Source: Pseudomonadota bacterium (GTDB taxonomy: Bacteria > Pseudomonadota > Gammaproteobacteria > Burkholderiales > Burkholderiaceae_C). From it: a DNA stretch of 64,000 bases. The translations under genes and the position numbers were made by a program. Positions 17,866 through 28,149 of the stretch are shown here, piece by piece (position 1 is the stretch's first letter; each line of letters begins with the position of its first letter). The DNA lies in contig JBMOQM010000056.1 in NCBI GenBank assembly GCA_049322875.1, forward strand, positions 5,997-69,996, written 5' to 3'. The notes below the pieces were generated by a model, which was not told the origin of the DNA, made no database searches, and saw nothing but the letters and a program-made list of their open reading frames with translations.

Positions 17866-17935
17866 ATTGTAGGCGGCGAAACCGGCGCGCAGGCTGGGGC
17901 ACGCCCTTACCGCCCTTGGGCACTCGCCTTACAAT
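17866..17935. promoter_or_regulatory. Back-to-back sigma70 -10 elements (zapB-like leftward, riboswitch/btuB rightward)
   Basis: TACAAT on the minus strand at 17866-17871 and on the plus strand at 17930-17935. Confidence 0.5.
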
Positions 17936-17941
17936 GCCGCC

Positions 17942-18153
17942 CGTTGGTGCTCGCGCCGGGGTTCGCTCGGCGCAGTTAAACGGGAAGCAAGAGGGCTTGA
18001 GGCACCACCGGTGCCAGCTCGACTTGCGCTGCCCCCGCAACGGTCGGCGGTCAAGCCCTGCAAGGGGCTTCGCTCGTGTTCTACAGCCACTGGGTACACA
18101 CAACACCTGGGAAGGCTTCACGGGTCGAACCGCCCAGCCCGGATACCGGCCAG
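17942..18153 (+). promoter_or_regulatory. Cobalamin (AdoCbl) riboswitch
   Basis: GGTGC..AGTTAAACGGGAA, CTGCCCCCGCAACGGT, GCCACTG..GGGAAGGC, AGCCCGGATACCGGCC; lies upstream of btuB and cob genes. Confidence 0.93.
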
Positions 18154-18257
18154 CAGGGGGTGTGGTGGCACAGAGCCTGGGGCCGTGTTGCCGTGCCATG
18201 TCGCCTCATGCCTGGCGGGGATGCCGGCGGGGCTTTTGTCCTGTGTGTTTTTCAATC

Positions 18258-20129
18258 ATGTTGCTCTTGAACTCGGTGCGTACGGTGCCTGGGGTGCGTT
18301 CGGTCGTGGCCGTCGCGGTGTTGGGTCTGATGGCTGCTGAAGCCAGTTTCGCCGCGACGTCGGATGTCCTCGAGCCGGTGATCGTGACGGCCAACCGGGT
18401 GCCTCAACCCCTCGGGGAAGCACTGGCCGATGTCACCGTCATCACCCGCGAGGACATCGAGCGCCAGGCCCATGGCGATATCGCCACGCTGCTGTCGCGC
18501 CAAGCCGGGTTTGAACTGGCGCGCAACGGTGGCCCGGGCACCGCTACCAGCCTGTTCCTGCGCGGTGCTGATTCCCGGTTCACGGCCGTGCTGGTGGATG
18601 GTGTCCGCGTGGATTCGCAGAACCTGCAGGGCGGGGTCTCGTGGGCGGGCATCCCGCTGTCCACCATCGAGCGCATCGAAATCGTTCGCGGCCCGGCCGG
18701 CGCGCTGTATGGCTCCGACGCGGTGTCCGGTGTGGTGCAGATCTTCACTCGCAAGGGGCGCCAGGGCGCCCCGAGGCTGGACGTGGGGTCTACCCTGGGC
18801 AGCCACGGCACCGTCAAGTGGGACACCAATGTGTCGGGCGGGGAAGGCATCGTGGACTACTCTCTGACGGTCGCCCGTGAGCGTGCCTCGGGCGGGCGCT
18901 CGGCGATCACCAATCCGGCCAACTTCAACTACAACGCCGACGACGACGGCTACAAGCAGGAGCACCTGGCGGCCCGCTTCGGCCTGCAGGCCACGAAGAA
19001 CCACCGCATCGAGCTGTCGTCGACGCGCACCAAGGTCGATGCTCAGTTCGATGAAGGCACGGCACCCGGCCCCGATGCGGTGTCGCAGACGATCAGCAGC
19101 ACCTTGCAGACACGCTGGCTGGCGCAGTGGACGCCGGATCTGAGCGCGGTCTACAGCATCGGCGAATCGACGGATGCCGTGAACACGGGCGGTACCTACC
19201 CGTTCGAAACCCAGACCCGCATCTTCACGGCGACGGCGCAGCATGACCTGCGCCTGGGCGACCATTCCCTGCAGGCCATTCTCGAGCGTCGCGCGGACCG
19301 TCTGACGGATGACGGCAGCTTCGGATCGTCGTTCGACACGCCGGTCAAGCGCCGTGACCAGAAGGCGGTGTCGCTGGGCTACGGGTGGCAGAACGAAGGG
19401 CGCGCCATCCAGTTCAAGGTGCGTCAGGACGACGACAGCGAGTTTGGCAGCCACACGACCGGTAGCGTGGCCGGGGGCTGGCCGCTGACCCAGAACCTGC
19501 GGCTGCGTTCGTCGTTTGCGAAGGGCTTCCGTGCGCCGACGCTGTACGAGCGCTTCGCGACCTACGGCGGCTCGCCCGATCTGAAGCCTGAGACGGCCAA
19601 CAATGCGGAAGTCGGTTTGCAGTGGGTGCAGGGTGCCTCTCAGTTGTCCGTCAGCGCCTACCAAAATCGCATCAAGAACCTGATCAACTACGACCTGGCG
19701 ACGTCGACCTACACCAATGTGGGCAAAGCCGAGTTGCGTGGCCTGGAGTTCAGCGGTTCCTGGGCGGCTGGTGACTGGCGTGTTGCCGCGACCCTGGACG
19801 TGCAGGATCCTCGCAATGAAACCCTGGACAAGCTGCTGGTGCGCCGCGCCCGCACGCATGGCAATCTGGACATCGAATACCAGCTGGCCGGATGGTCGCT
19901 GGGCACCCAGATCAAGGCCTCGGGCGCACGTTACGACGATGCCCAGAACACGCGCCGTCTGGGCGGGTATGCTCTGTTGAACCTGTTCGCGCAGCGTCAG
20001 CTCACCAAGCAATGGAATCTGCTGGTCAAGGTGGACAACGTGTTCGACAAGAACTACGCCACCGCCCGTGACTACAGCATGCCCGGCATTGGCGGATACG
20101 TGGCTGTGCGCTTCACCCCGTCCAACTGA
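18258..20129 (+). CDS. btuB: TonB-dependent cobalamin receptor
   Basis: Signal peptide, TonB box (EPVIVTANR), plug (LRGA..VLVDGV..IERIEIVRGPAGALYGSDAVSGVVQIFT), barrel; riboswitch context. Confidence 0.9.
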   Translation: MLLLNSVRTVPGVRSVVAVAVLGLMAAEASFAATSDVLEPVIVTANRVPQPLGEALADVTVITREDIERQAHGDIATLLSRQAGFELARNGGPGTATSLFLRGADSRFTAVLVDGVRVDSQNLQGGVSWAGIPLSTIERIEIVRGPAGALYGSDAVSGVVQIFTRKGRQGAPRLDVGSTLGSHGTVKWDTNVSGGEGIVDYSLTVARERASGGRSAITNPANFNYNADDDGYKQEHLAARFGLQATKNHRIELSSTRTKVDAQFDEGTAPGPDAVSQTISSTLQTRWLAQWTPDLSAVYSIGESTDAVNTGGTYPFETQTRIFTATAQHDLRLGDHSLQAILERRADRLTDDGSFGSSFDTPVKRRDQKAVSLGYGWQNEGRAIQFKVRQDDDSEFGSHTTGSVAGGWPLTQNLRLRSSFAKGFRAPTLYERFATYGGSPDLKPETANNAEVGLQWVQGASQLSVSAYQNRIKNLINYDLATSTYTNVGKAELRGLEFSGSWAAGDWRVAATLDVQDPRNETLDKLLVRRARTHGNLDIEYQLAGWSLGTQIKASGARYDDAQNTRRLGGYALLNLFAQRQLTKQWNLLVKVDNVFDKNYATARDYSMPGIGGYVAVRFTPSN

Positions 20130-20138
20130 ACGATTGCG

Positions 20139-20702
20139 ATGCATCACCTCATCCTCGGCGGCCAGCGCAGTGGCAAGTCTCGTCAGGCCGAACGTCTGGC
20201 GCAGGCCTGGCTGAACGGTGCCGCGGAGCGTGAGGTGGCCGTGCTGGCCACGGCTTTGCCGTCGGATGACGAGATGCAATCGCGCATCGAACGTCATCGG
20301 CAGGACCGGCCAGCCGGCTTCATCACGATCGAGGAGCCCCATGAACTGGGGCGCGCGCTGCGGGAGGCGTCTTTGCCCGAGCGCCTGGTTGTGGTCGATT
20401 GCCTGACCCTGTGGCTGACCAATGTGCTGATGCCCGCCGTGCACGGCGATGGGGGCCATGCGCCGGGCAGATCCTGGGATGCATTGCGGTCGGAGTTGCT
20501 GTCTGTGCTGCCTGGCCTGCCTGGTCCCGTCGTGCTGGTGTCCAACGAAATCGGCTGGGGTGTGATCCCGATGGGCGCCGTGGTGCGTCAGTTCGTTGAT
20601 GAGCTGGGGCGTCTGAACCAGGATGTGGCGCAGTGCTGTGGTCACATTACCCTGATGGCTGCTGGTCAGCCCTGGACACGTGCCGTGGAGCGCTGGGCGT
20701 GA
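20139..20702 (+). CDS. cobU: Adenosylcobinamide kinase / cobinamide-phosphate guanylyltransferase
   Basis: LILGGQRSGKS, RIERHRQDRP, VDCLTLWLTN, VSNEIGWG, FVDELGRLNQ. Confidence 0.93.
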   Translation: MHHLILGGQRSGKSRQAERLAQAWLNGAAEREVAVLATALPSDDEMQSRIERHRQDRPAGFITIEEPHELGRALREASLPERLVVVDCLTLWLTNVLMPAVHGDGGHAPGRSWDALRSELLSVLPGLPGPVVLVSNEIGWGVIPMGAVVRQFVDELGRLNQDVAQCCGHITLMAAGQPWTRAVERWA

Positions 20703-21583
20703 CCGTTTGTCTGCGAGGCTTGCTGGCCGCAGCCCTGTTGTGGGCCGCTTACGCATCGGCTGAGCCCATCCGCATCACCGATCAGCGCGGCACGCTGGTC
20801 ACGCTGGCTGCACCGCCCCAACGCATCGTCAGCCTGCTGCCCTCGCTGACCGAGGCCGTGTGTGTGCTGGGCGCGTGCGACAAGTTGGTGGCGACGGATC
20901 GATGGTCCAACTGGCCCGCGTCGGTTCAACGCCTGCCCAAGGCGGGTGGGCTGGACGATGCCAATGTGGAGATGGTGGTGGCGCAGCGGCCCGATCTGGT
21001 GCTGTTGTCTGCGTCGTCGCGCCTGGCCCAGCGGCTGCGCGGGCTGGGCTTGACCGTGGCCGAGCTGGACGCGCAGAACCTGGCCCAACTGCATCAACTG
21101 CTCAACACCGTGGCTGCGCTGCTTGGGCAGCCGTCTCTGGGTGAGCGGCACTGGCAGGCCTTGCAGGCCGAGGTTCGCCAGGCCCATGCGCTGGTGCCGC
21201 CTGCAGCGCAGGGCTCGCGTGTGTATTTCGAGATCAGCAACACGCTGTACGCGGCGGGCGAGTCGTCGTACATCGGTGAGTTGCTGGCACGCTTGGGTGC
21301 CCGCAATGTGGTGCCCGCGGCACTGGGGCCTTTTCCCCGACTGGGGCCGGAGTTCATCGTGCGTGTGGACCCCGATGTGATCATCCTGGCGGCAGAGGAT
21401 GCCCCAGGGCTGCCCCGGCGCCCTGGCTGGAACCGGCTGCAGGCCATTCAGGCCGGGCGCGTGTGTGCCGTGCCTGCCGAGGCCTACGATGTGCTGTCGC
21501 GGCCTGGCCCGCGGCTGGGGCAGGCGGCCCGTTTTCTGGCGCAGTGCCTCAAGGACACGGCCCCCAGGGGCCCTCGCTCATGA
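20699..21583 (+). CDS. btuF: Cobalamin ABC transporter periplasmic binding protein
   Basis: GTG start overlaps the cobU stop; signal peptide; PQRIVSLLPSLTEAVC.LG, RPGPRL. Confidence 0.82.
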   Translation: MTVCLRGLLAAALLWAAYASAEPIRITDQRGTLVTLAAPPQRIVSLLPSLTEAVCVLGACDKLVATDRWSNWPASVQRLPKAGGLDDANVEMVVAQRPDLVLLSASSRLAQRLRGLGLTVAELDAQNLAQLHQLLNTVAALLGQPSLGERHWQALQAEVRQAHALVPPAAQGSRVYFEISNTLYAAGESSYIGELLARLGARNVVPAALGPFPRLGPEFIVRVDPDVIILAAEDAPGLPRRPGWNRLQAIQAGRVCAVPAEAYDVLSRPGPRLGQAARFLAQCLKDTAPRGPRS

Positions 21584-22575
21584 GTTCCAGGCATGCAACA
21601 GCACGCTGGGGTGGTCTGTCGATCATCCTGGCGCTGACCATCTCCATGGCCGTGCTGGGCCTGGGGACGGGCAGCATCGGCTGGCAGGCGCCCTGGGCGC
21701 CGGATCCTGACGGCACGCTGGCCCGCATCCTCTGGGACATTCGTGCACCGCGCACCCTGGGGGCCTGGTTGGTGGGGGCGCTGCTGGGCCTGGCGGGCGC
21801 CATAGCCCAGGGCCTGTTTCGCAATCCGCTGGCCGAGCCCTACCTGCTGGGCAGTGCGGCCGGCGCGGCCTTGTGCATGGCCGTGGTGTTGACGCTGGGT
21901 GTGCCCTGGCTGGCCAGCCAGGATTGGTGGGCGCGCGTGGGCCTGACGGGCGCCGCCTTCGTCGGATCGGTCGGTGGGGTGATGCTGACCTTGCTGATGT
22001 CTCGCGGAGCCGCCCACACCATGCGCCTGCTGCTGGCCGGTGTGGTGGTGGGCGTGGTGCTGGGCGCGATGACGCAGTTGCTGATGGTGTGGTCTGCCGA
22101 GGCGTGGCGCGTGATGCAGGCCTTCATGCTGGGCAGCACGGCGCTTTTGGGATGGCAGGCCTGCGGTGTGATGGCGGCCGTGTTGCTGTTGGCGTGGCCC
22201 GTGGCGCAGGGTCTTGCCAAGGTGCTTGATGCGCTCAGCCTGGGCGAGGACACGGCCCGTACGCTGGGCATTCCGCTGGGTTTGACCCGCGCGGTGCTGG
22301 TGGGGGTGCTGGCGCTGGCCACCGCCGCAGCTGTGGCCCAGGCGGGCTTGATCGCCTTTGTGGGATTGGTTGCACCGCACTTGGTGCGGCCCTGGGCGGG
22401 GGCCCGGCATGCGCACATGCTGGTGGCCGCCACGGCGATGGGCGGCGGGCTGATGATGGCGGCGGATGTATTGGCACGTTGGCTGATCGCCCCGCAAGAG
22501 CTGCCGGTGGGGGTGTTAACGGCGGTGCTCGGCGGTGTCTATTTGCTGGTGCTGCTGCACCGGAGGCGCGCATGA
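21580..22575 (+). CDS. btuC: Cobalamin ABC transporter permease (FecCD family)
   Basis: IRAPR..GALLGLAGA..QGLFRNPLAEP, LSLGED.A.TLG, IAFVGLVAPH, ELPVG. Confidence 0.87.
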   Translation: MSSRHATARWGGLSIILALTISMAVLGLGTGSIGWQAPWAPDPDGTLARILWDIRAPRTLGAWLVGALLGLAGAIAQGLFRNPLAEPYLLGSAAGAALCMAVVLTLGVPWLASQDWWARVGLTGAAFVGSVGGVMLTLLMSRGAAHTMRLLLAGVVVGVVLGAMTQLLMVWSAEAWRVMQAFMLGSTALLGWQACGVMAAVLLLAWPVAQGLAKVLDALSLGEDTARTLGIPLGLTRAVLVGVLALATAAAVAQAGLIAFVGLVAPHLVRPWAGARHAHMLVAATAMGGGLMMAADVLARWLIAPQELPVGVLTAVLGGVYLLVLLHRRRA

Positions 22576-23363
22576 GCATCGCTGCCGCCCCTGTCATCGC
22601 GCTGCAGGCCAAAGGCCTGGGTGCCGCCCATGGCCGCCAGCCCGTGCTGCACGACGTGAATCTGTCTGCCCACGCCGGCCAGTGGCTGGCCATCGTGGGG
22701 CCCAATGGCGCAGGCAAATCGACCTTGCTGCGATGCCTGGCAGGGCTGATGCCGCTGACGGCTGGCCAGGCGCAGCTGCAAGGCCGCCCTTGGTTCGACA
22801 TGCCTGCCGCCGAGCGCGCACGCCAGCTGGCGTGGCTGGGGCAGGAGGTGGCGGGAGATCCAGCCATGGCGGTGGCCGATGTGGTGGCGCTGGGCCGTCT
22901 GCCCTACCAAGGCTGGCTGGGCTGGCAAGGGGCTGATGCGCGGGATCGCGCGGCCGTGGGCCAGGCCCTGGCCGACACCGACATGGCCTGGGCACGCAGC
23001 CGCCCGCTGGGCGCCCTGTCCGGTGGTGAGCGCCAGCGGGTGATGCTGGCGCGCGCACTGGCTGTGCAGGCCCCGGTGTTGCTGCTGGACGAACCGGTGT
23101 CCCACCTGGATGTGCCTCATCAGCGTCTGGTGGCCCAGGTGCTGCGCCGCGAGGCCGCGCAAGGCCGGTGCATCATCAGCGTGCTGCACGAGCTGCCACT
23201 GGCCCTGGCCGCAGATCGCCTGGCGGTGATGAAGCAGGGGCGCCTGCTGGCCGAAGGGCGCACCGATGATCCTGCCGTGCACCGCGTGTTGGAGGACGTG
23301 TTCGACCAGGCTGTCGCCGTGACACAGCACGATGGCCGCTGGACCGCCTTGCCACGGCTGTAG
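22572..23363 (+). CDS. btuD: Cobalamin ABC transporter ATPase
   Basis: [24 protein letters not shown]-loop VLHE. Confidence 0.87.
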   Translation: MSIAAAPVIALQAKGLGAAHGRQPVLHDVNLSAHAGQWLAIVGPNGAGKSTLLRCLAGLMPLTAGQAQLQGRPWFDMPAAERARQLAWLGQEVAGDPAMAVADVVALGRLPYQGWLGWQGADARDRAAVGQALADTDMAWARSRPLGALSGGERQRVMLARALAVQAPVLLLDEPVSHLDVPHQRLVAQVLRREAAQGRCIISVLHELPLALAADRLAVMKQGRLLAEGRTDDPAVHRVLEDVFDQAVAVTQHDGRWTALPRL

Positions 23364-23404
23364 GCCTGGTCGGTGCTCATCTCACTCATACTTTCGAGAC
23401 CCTC

Positions 23405-23974
23405 ATGGACCTGCAATCCCCGCCCACCGAAGCCCCGCAACAGCCCGAGCGCACCGAGCGGCGTGGCCTGCTCATCGTCAACACAGGTGATGGCAAAGGC
23501 AAGAGCACGGCCGCCTTCGGCCTGGCGCTGCGCGCACATGGCCGGGGCAAGGCCGTCAAGGTCTACCAGTTCATGAAGGTGCCCAGTGCCCGCTTTGGCG
23601 AGCACCGTGCCTTCGAGGCACTGGGCGTGCCGGTCGAAGGGCTGGGCGATGGCTTCAGCTGGAAGAGCAAGGATCTGGAGCACTCGGCCGAACTGGCCCG
23701 TCAGGGCTGGGCGCGTGCCGCTGCGCTCATCAATGCCGGCGAACACTTCCTGGTCGTGCTGGATGAAATCACCTACCCCTTGATCTACGGCTGGCTGTCG
23801 CTGGACGAAGTGGTGCAGACGCTGAGCCAGCGGCCACGCGATGTGCACGTGGTCTTGACCGGCCGTGATTGCCCGCCGGAGATCGTGGCCATCGCGGACA
23901 CCGTCACGGAGATGCGCAAGGTCAAGCACGCCTATGAGGCGGGCATCCCCGCGCAGCGAGGCATCGAGGACTGA
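23405..23974 (+). CDS. cobO: Cob(I)yrinic acid a,c-diamide adenosyltransferase (CobO/BtuR)
   Basis: [40 protein letters not shown]. Confidence 0.93.
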   Translation: MDLQSPPTEAPQQPERTERRGLLIVNTGDGKGKSTAAFGLALRAHGRGKAVKVYQFMKVPSARFGEHRAFEALGVPVEGLGDGFSWKSKDLEHSAELARQGWARAAALINAGEHFLVVLDEITYPLIYGWLSLDEVVQTLSQRPRDVHVVLTGRDCPPEIVAIADTVTEMRKVKHAYEAGIPAQRGIED

Positions 23975-23989
23975 GGGGCGGACGCGCTC

Positions 23990-25522
23990 ATGACCGCCCG
24001 TGCGGTGATGGTGCTGGGCACCACCAGTGGTGCTGGCAAGAGCTGGCTGGCCACGGCCCTGTGTCGCTGGTATGCGCGGCGGGGCCTGCGCGTGGCGCCC
24101 TTCAAGGCGCAGAACATGAGCAACAACGCGCGTGTCGTGCCTGGCCTGGATGGCCAGTTGGGCGAGATCGGCAGCGCGCAGTACTTTCAGGCCCTGGCTG
24201 CCCGTGTGCGGCCCGACGTGCGCATGAACCCCGTGCTGCTCAAGCCCGAGCAGGACACGGCCAGCCAGGTCATCGTGATGGGGCAGGTGCACGACGAACT
24301 GCGCCGCGTGCCCTGGCGCGAGCGCAGCAACCACGTATGGCCGCATGCTCGCCAAGCGCTCGATGAACTGATGGCCACCCACGATGTCGTCGTGATCGAA
24401 GGCGCCGGCTCACCCGCCGAGATCAACCTGCATGCCAGCGACTACGTCAACATGCGCACGGCGCTGCATGCGCAGGCTCAATGCCTTCTGGTCACCGACA
24501 TCGACCGGGGCGGCGCCTTCGCCCATCTCTACGGCACGCACCAGTTGCTGCCTGAGCATGAGCGTGCCTTGATCAAGGGCTTCGTGCTCAACCGCTTCCG
24601 GGGCGATGCCAGCCTGCTCGCGCCCGGGCCCGAGCAATTGCAGGCCATGACCGGCGTGCCCACGCTGGCCGTGCTGCCCATGTGGCGCGGCCACGGCCTG
24701 CCCGAGGAAGACGGCGTGTTCGATGACCGTGCCACTGGTCCCGTCGGGCGCGATGCGGGTGTGCGCCGCATCGCCGTGCTGGCCTGCCCGCGCATCAGCA
24801 ACCTCGACGAGTTCCAGCCACTGCGCAGCGCGCCTGGCGTGCGCCTGGTGTGGGCCAGACATCCGCGTGACCTGGATGGCGCCGACTGGGTGATCCTGCC
24901 TGGCTCCAAGCACACCACGGCTGATCTGGCCTGGCTGCGTGCCCAGGGGCTGGACCGCGCCGTGACCGACCATGCGCGGCAGGGTGGGGCGGTGCTTGGC
25001 ATCTGCGGCGGCCTGCAGATGCTGGGCCACAGTCTGAGCGATCCCGATGGCGTGGAGGGCCATGCCGGCGCCGTGGTGGAAGGCCTGGGCCTGCTGGACC
25101 TGCACACCCGTTTCGACGCGCACAAGCTGCTGCGCGACACCGAAGCCGTCTTCAGCACCGCAGAGGCGTTCGCCGCGCTCGATGCGTCTGCCGGCCCCTG
25201 GCAGACACTGGCGGGTGTGCATGCGCTCGGCTACGAGATCCACCATGGCCGTACCGATGCCCGGCCCGTGGCTACGCAGGCTGCTCCCTCTGCCAACCGC
25301 ACCCAGGCTGTCCTGCACGATGGCGAAGGGCATCCGCTCGGCTGGTGCAAGGGCCAGGTGCTGGGTCTGTACCTGCACGGCCTGTTCGAAGACGATGCCG
25401 TGATGAGAGCCCTGTTCGGCGCGCAGGCACCCTCGCTCGACCGTGTCATGGATGGCCTGGCCGACTACATCGATCAGCATTTCACCCCCGGCGCTCTGGC
25501 CAGTCTGATCGACAGGGCCTGA
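23990..25522 (+). CDS. cobQ: Cobyric acid synthase (CobQ/CbiP)
   Basis: GTTSGAGKS, PFKAQNMSNN, MNPVLLKP, EGAGSPAEINL, DIDRGG, glutamine amidotransferase GICGGLQMLG, YEIHHG. Confidence 0.94.
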   Translation: MTARAVMVLGTTSGAGKSWLATALCRWYARRGLRVAPFKAQNMSNNARVVPGLDGQLGEIGSAQYFQALAARVRPDVRMNPVLLKPEQDTASQVIVMGQVHDELRRVPWRERSNHVWPHARQALDELMATHDVVVIEGAGSPAEINLHASDYVNMRTALHAQAQCLLVTDIDRGGAFAHLYGTHQLLPEHERALIKGFVLNRFRGDASLLAPGPEQLQAMTGVPTLAVLPMWRGHGLPEEDGVFDDRATGPVGRDAGVRRIAVLACPRISNLDEFQPLRSAPGVRLVWARHPRDLDGADWVILPGSKHTTADLAWLRAQGLDRAVTDHARQGGAVLGICGGLQMLGHSLSDPDGVEGHAGAVVEGLGLLDLHTRFDAHKLLRDTEAVFSTAEAFAALDASAGPWQTLAGVHALGYEIHHGRTDARPVATQAAPSANRTQAVLHDGEGHPLGWCKGQVLGLYLHGLFEDDAVMRALFGAQAPSLDRVMDGLADYIDQHFTPGALASLIDRA

Positions 25523-25557
25523 GCCCCTTCCTACCTTTTCTCCCCCGCTTTCCTGTC

Positions 25558-26610
25558 ATGTCCGAGCCTCCTGCCTTTTCCCTGCCTTCCGTCAACGATC
25601 TGCGCGATGCTGATCTGGCGCAGCGCCTGCGCCATCGCATCGACACCAAGACCAAGCCCCTGGGCTCGCTGGGGCGGCTGGAATCCCTGGCGCTGCAGCT
25701 CGGTTTGATCCTGGGCAGCGAGACACCCACCTTGTCGCGTGCCCAGGCGGTGGTGTTCGCGGGCGATCACGGCCTGGCGGCGCGCGGCGTATCGGCCTTC
25801 CCCAGTGATGTGACCTGGCAGATGGTTGAGAACTTCCTGGCTGGTGGCGCGGCCATCAGTGTGCTGGCGCGCCAGCATGGCCTGGCGCTCACCGTGGTCG
25901 ATGCCGGTGTGGCGCGCGACATCGTCCCGCGTGAAAGCCTGCAGATCCGCAAGATCGCCCCCGGTACGGCGGACGCATCCCAAGGGCCGGCCATGACGCT
26001 GGCGCAGTGCCACGCGGCATTGGCTGCGGGTGCAGACGTGGTCAGGCAATTGCCCGGCAATGCCTTGCTGCTGGGCGAGATGGGCATTGGCAACACCTCT
26101 GCGGCAGCTTTGCTGATGAGCCGTTTGACTGGCACACCGCTGGCCCAATGCGTGGGCCGCGGCACGGGCCTGGGCGATGCCGGCGTGAAACGCAAGTTGG
26201 CTGTGCTGCGCCAGGCGCTGCAAGCCAATGCCGGCGCCACCCAGCCCCTGCAGGCCCTGGCCGCCCTGGGCGGCTTCGAGGTGGCGATGATGTGCGGCGC
26301 CGTGCTCGAAGCCGCTGCGCAGAACCGCGTGATCGTGGTCGATGGCTTCATCACCACCAGCGCGGTGCTGGTGGCCCAGTCCCTGCAGCCGCTGGTGCTG
26401 CAGCGCTGCGTATTCGCCCACCAGTCCGATGAGTCCGGCCATGCGCGCCTGCTGGCCTGGCTGGGCGCCGAACCGCTGCTGCACCTGGGTTTGCGCCTGG
26501 GCGAAGGCTCTGGCGCGGCCCTGGCCTGGCCCCTGCTGGAGTCAGCGTGCCGTATCCTGCGCGAGATGGCCAGCTTCGCCGACGCCGGGGTGAGCGAGCG
26601 GCAGGCCTGA
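25558..26610 (+). CDS. cobT: Nicotinate-nucleotide--dimethylbenzimidazole phosphoribosyltransferase
   Basis: KTKPLGSLGRLE, FAGDHG, GEMGIGNT, GGFE, VDGFI, RLGEGSGA. Confidence 0.95.
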   Translation: MSEPPAFSLPSVNDLRDADLAQRLRHRIDTKTKPLGSLGRLESLALQLGLILGSETPTLSRAQAVVFAGDHGLAARGVSAFPSDVTWQMVENFLAGGAAISVLARQHGLALTVVDAGVARDIVPRESLQIRKIAPGTADASQGPAMTLAQCHAALAAGADVVRQLPGNALLLGEMGIGNTSAAALLMSRLTGTPLAQCVGRGTGLGDAGVKRKLAVLRQALQANAGATQPLQALAALGGFEVAMMCGAVLEAAAQNRVIVVDGFITTSAVLVAQSLQPLVLQRCVFAHQSDESGHARLLAWLGAEPLLHLGLRLGEGSGAALAWPLLESACRILREMASFADAGVSERQA

Positions 26611-26632
26611 GCCCTGCCTACCTCACACAGCC

Positions 26633-27529
26633 ATGCGCCGCTCGATCGTGTCACGCCTGCTCCTGGAACTGCGCCTGTTCTTCATCGCGCTGCAGTTCTT
26701 CACGCGCGTGCCGGTTCCGGGCTGGGTGGGCTTCAAGCCTGAATGGCTGCAGGCCTGCGCGCGCTACTTCCCGCTGGTAGGGGCCTGCGTGGGCGTGCTC
26801 GGGGCCCTGGTGCTGGCCGCCGCCAGCCTGGCTTGGCCGCCCCTGGTGGCCGTGCTGCTGAGCATGGCGGCCACGGTGTGGATGACTGGCGGCTTCCATG
26901 AAGACGGTTGGGCCGATACCTGTGACGGCCTGGGCGGTGCCGTGAGCCGTGAGCGGGCGCTGGCCATCATGAAGGATTCGCGCCTGGGCAGTTACGGCGC
27001 CTTGGGCCTTGGGTTGATGCTGGGGCTCAAGGCCGCCGTGTTGACCAGCCTGCTGGCCCCGGTGCTGGGTGAGCTCAACGAGGCCCAGAGCAGCCATGTG
27101 CACCAGGTGCTGCTGGGCTGGACGCTGATGGCCCTGGTCTGGAGCCACACCACCTCGCGCCTGGCGCCGGTGCTGCTGATCCGCTTGCTGCCCTATGCGG
27201 GCGATGTCGAGCACGCCAAAGCCAAGCCGCTGGCCACGGGTGTCTCCTGGGGCGGCGTGCTGGGGGCCGTGGCGGCTTGGGCGGTGGTCAGCCTGGCCCT
27301 GGCGGCCTGGGTGGGGCACATCGGCTGGCCGGTGCCCACCTTGTGGCAGGCCATGGGTTGGGCCACGCTGGCGGTGCTGCTGGGCACCTGGTCGCTGTTG
27401 CGCTGGCTGCGCAAGCGCCTGGGTGGCTACACGGGTGACACCTTGGGCGCGGCCCAGCAGGTCACCGAGGTGCTGAGCCTGCTGGCCTGGCTGGCGGTGG
27501 TGCACCCGGTCACGTGGGTGCGCTGGTGA
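26633..27529 (+). CDS. cobS: Adenosylcobinamide-GDP ribazoletransferase (cobalamin synthase)
   Basis: FFTRVP, TGGFHEDG..DTCDG, IMKDSRLGSYG, GGYTGDTLGA. Confidence 0.94.
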   Translation: MRRSIVSRLLLELRLFFIALQFFTRVPVPGWVGFKPEWLQACARYFPLVGACVGVLGALVLAAASLAWPPLVAVLLSMAATVWMTGGFHEDGWADTCDGLGGAVSRERALAIMKDSRLGSYGALGLGLMLGLKAAVLTSLLAPVLGELNEAQSSHVHQVLLGWTLMALVWSHTTSRLAPVLLIRLLPYAGDVEHAKAKPLATGVSWGGVLGAVAAWAVVSLALAAWVGHIGWPVPTLWQAMGWATLAVLLGTWSLLRWLRKRLGGYTGDTLGAAQQVTEVLSLLAWLAVVHPVTWVRW

Positions 27530-28098
27530 GTGCCTTTACAGAAGAGGCCGGTAACTGGTGGGCCTGGCGCCACCCCAGGGCCCAAGGTGCGGAAGGCCGC
27601 TGCATTGGCCATACCGATCTCGCCCTGGATCCGCGCAAGGCCCGCAGACTGGCAAGGCGCATTCGCCATGAGGCCACACGCCATGGCATACCCAAGGTGG
27701 TGTGCACCTCGGATCTGCGTCGCTGCCGTGATGTCGGCCGCCTTCTGCGCCGCTGGGGCTGGCGCCATGTGGTGATGCCTGAACTGCGCGAGGCTGACTT
27801 CGGTGATTGGGATGGACGCCTGTGGGCCGCCATTGGCCAGGCGCCAGTGGACGCCTGGTGCATGGACTTCGCCGATCACGCGCCGGGCGGCGGGGAAAGC
27901 CTGCGCCAGGTGCTGGGGCGTGCCGCAGCATGGGGGCCGCCGGCGTCAGCCGGGGTGCTGGTGGCCCATGGGGGCTGGATGCTGGCACGCCGATGGGGGG
28001 CGCAGCACGGCGCAGGACAATGCCCCGCCTCCGCCGCGCAATGGCCGGCGCCGCCTCGCCACGGGCAGTGCTGGCGGCTCCGAGTGGCGGGCCGATGA
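27526..28098 (+). CDS. Histidine phosphatase family protein (probable CobC-type alpha-ribazole phosphatase)
   Basis: WRHP..GRCIGHTD, SDLRRC, LREADFGDWDG, PGGGES, VAHGG; GTGA overlap with the cobS stop. Confidence 0.72.
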   Translation: MSAFTEEAGNWWAWRHPRAQGAEGRCIGHTDLALDPRKARRLARRIRHEATRHGIPKVVCTSDLRRCRDVGRLLRRWGWRHVVMPELREADFGDWDGRLWAAIGQAPVDAWCMDFADHAPGGGESLRQVLGRAAAWGPPASAGVLVAHGGWMLARRWGAQHGAGQCPASAAQWPAPPRHGQCWRLRVAGR

Positions 28099-28149
28099 CC
28101 TGATGTCGAGCGCCTGAATCCGCTGGCCTGTCGGGGGCGATCTCGCACC

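Noticed and set aside
17706-18257. N-terminal extension of btuB in the ORF track
   Set aside because: Covers the zapB-like gene, promoters and the riboswitch; the signal peptide starts at 18258.
25523-25557. Pyrimidine tract and no Shine-Dalgarno before cobT (also btuB, cobU)
   Set aside because: No conserved structure seen; SD-less starts are common, so there is no evidence for a second riboswitch or attenuator.
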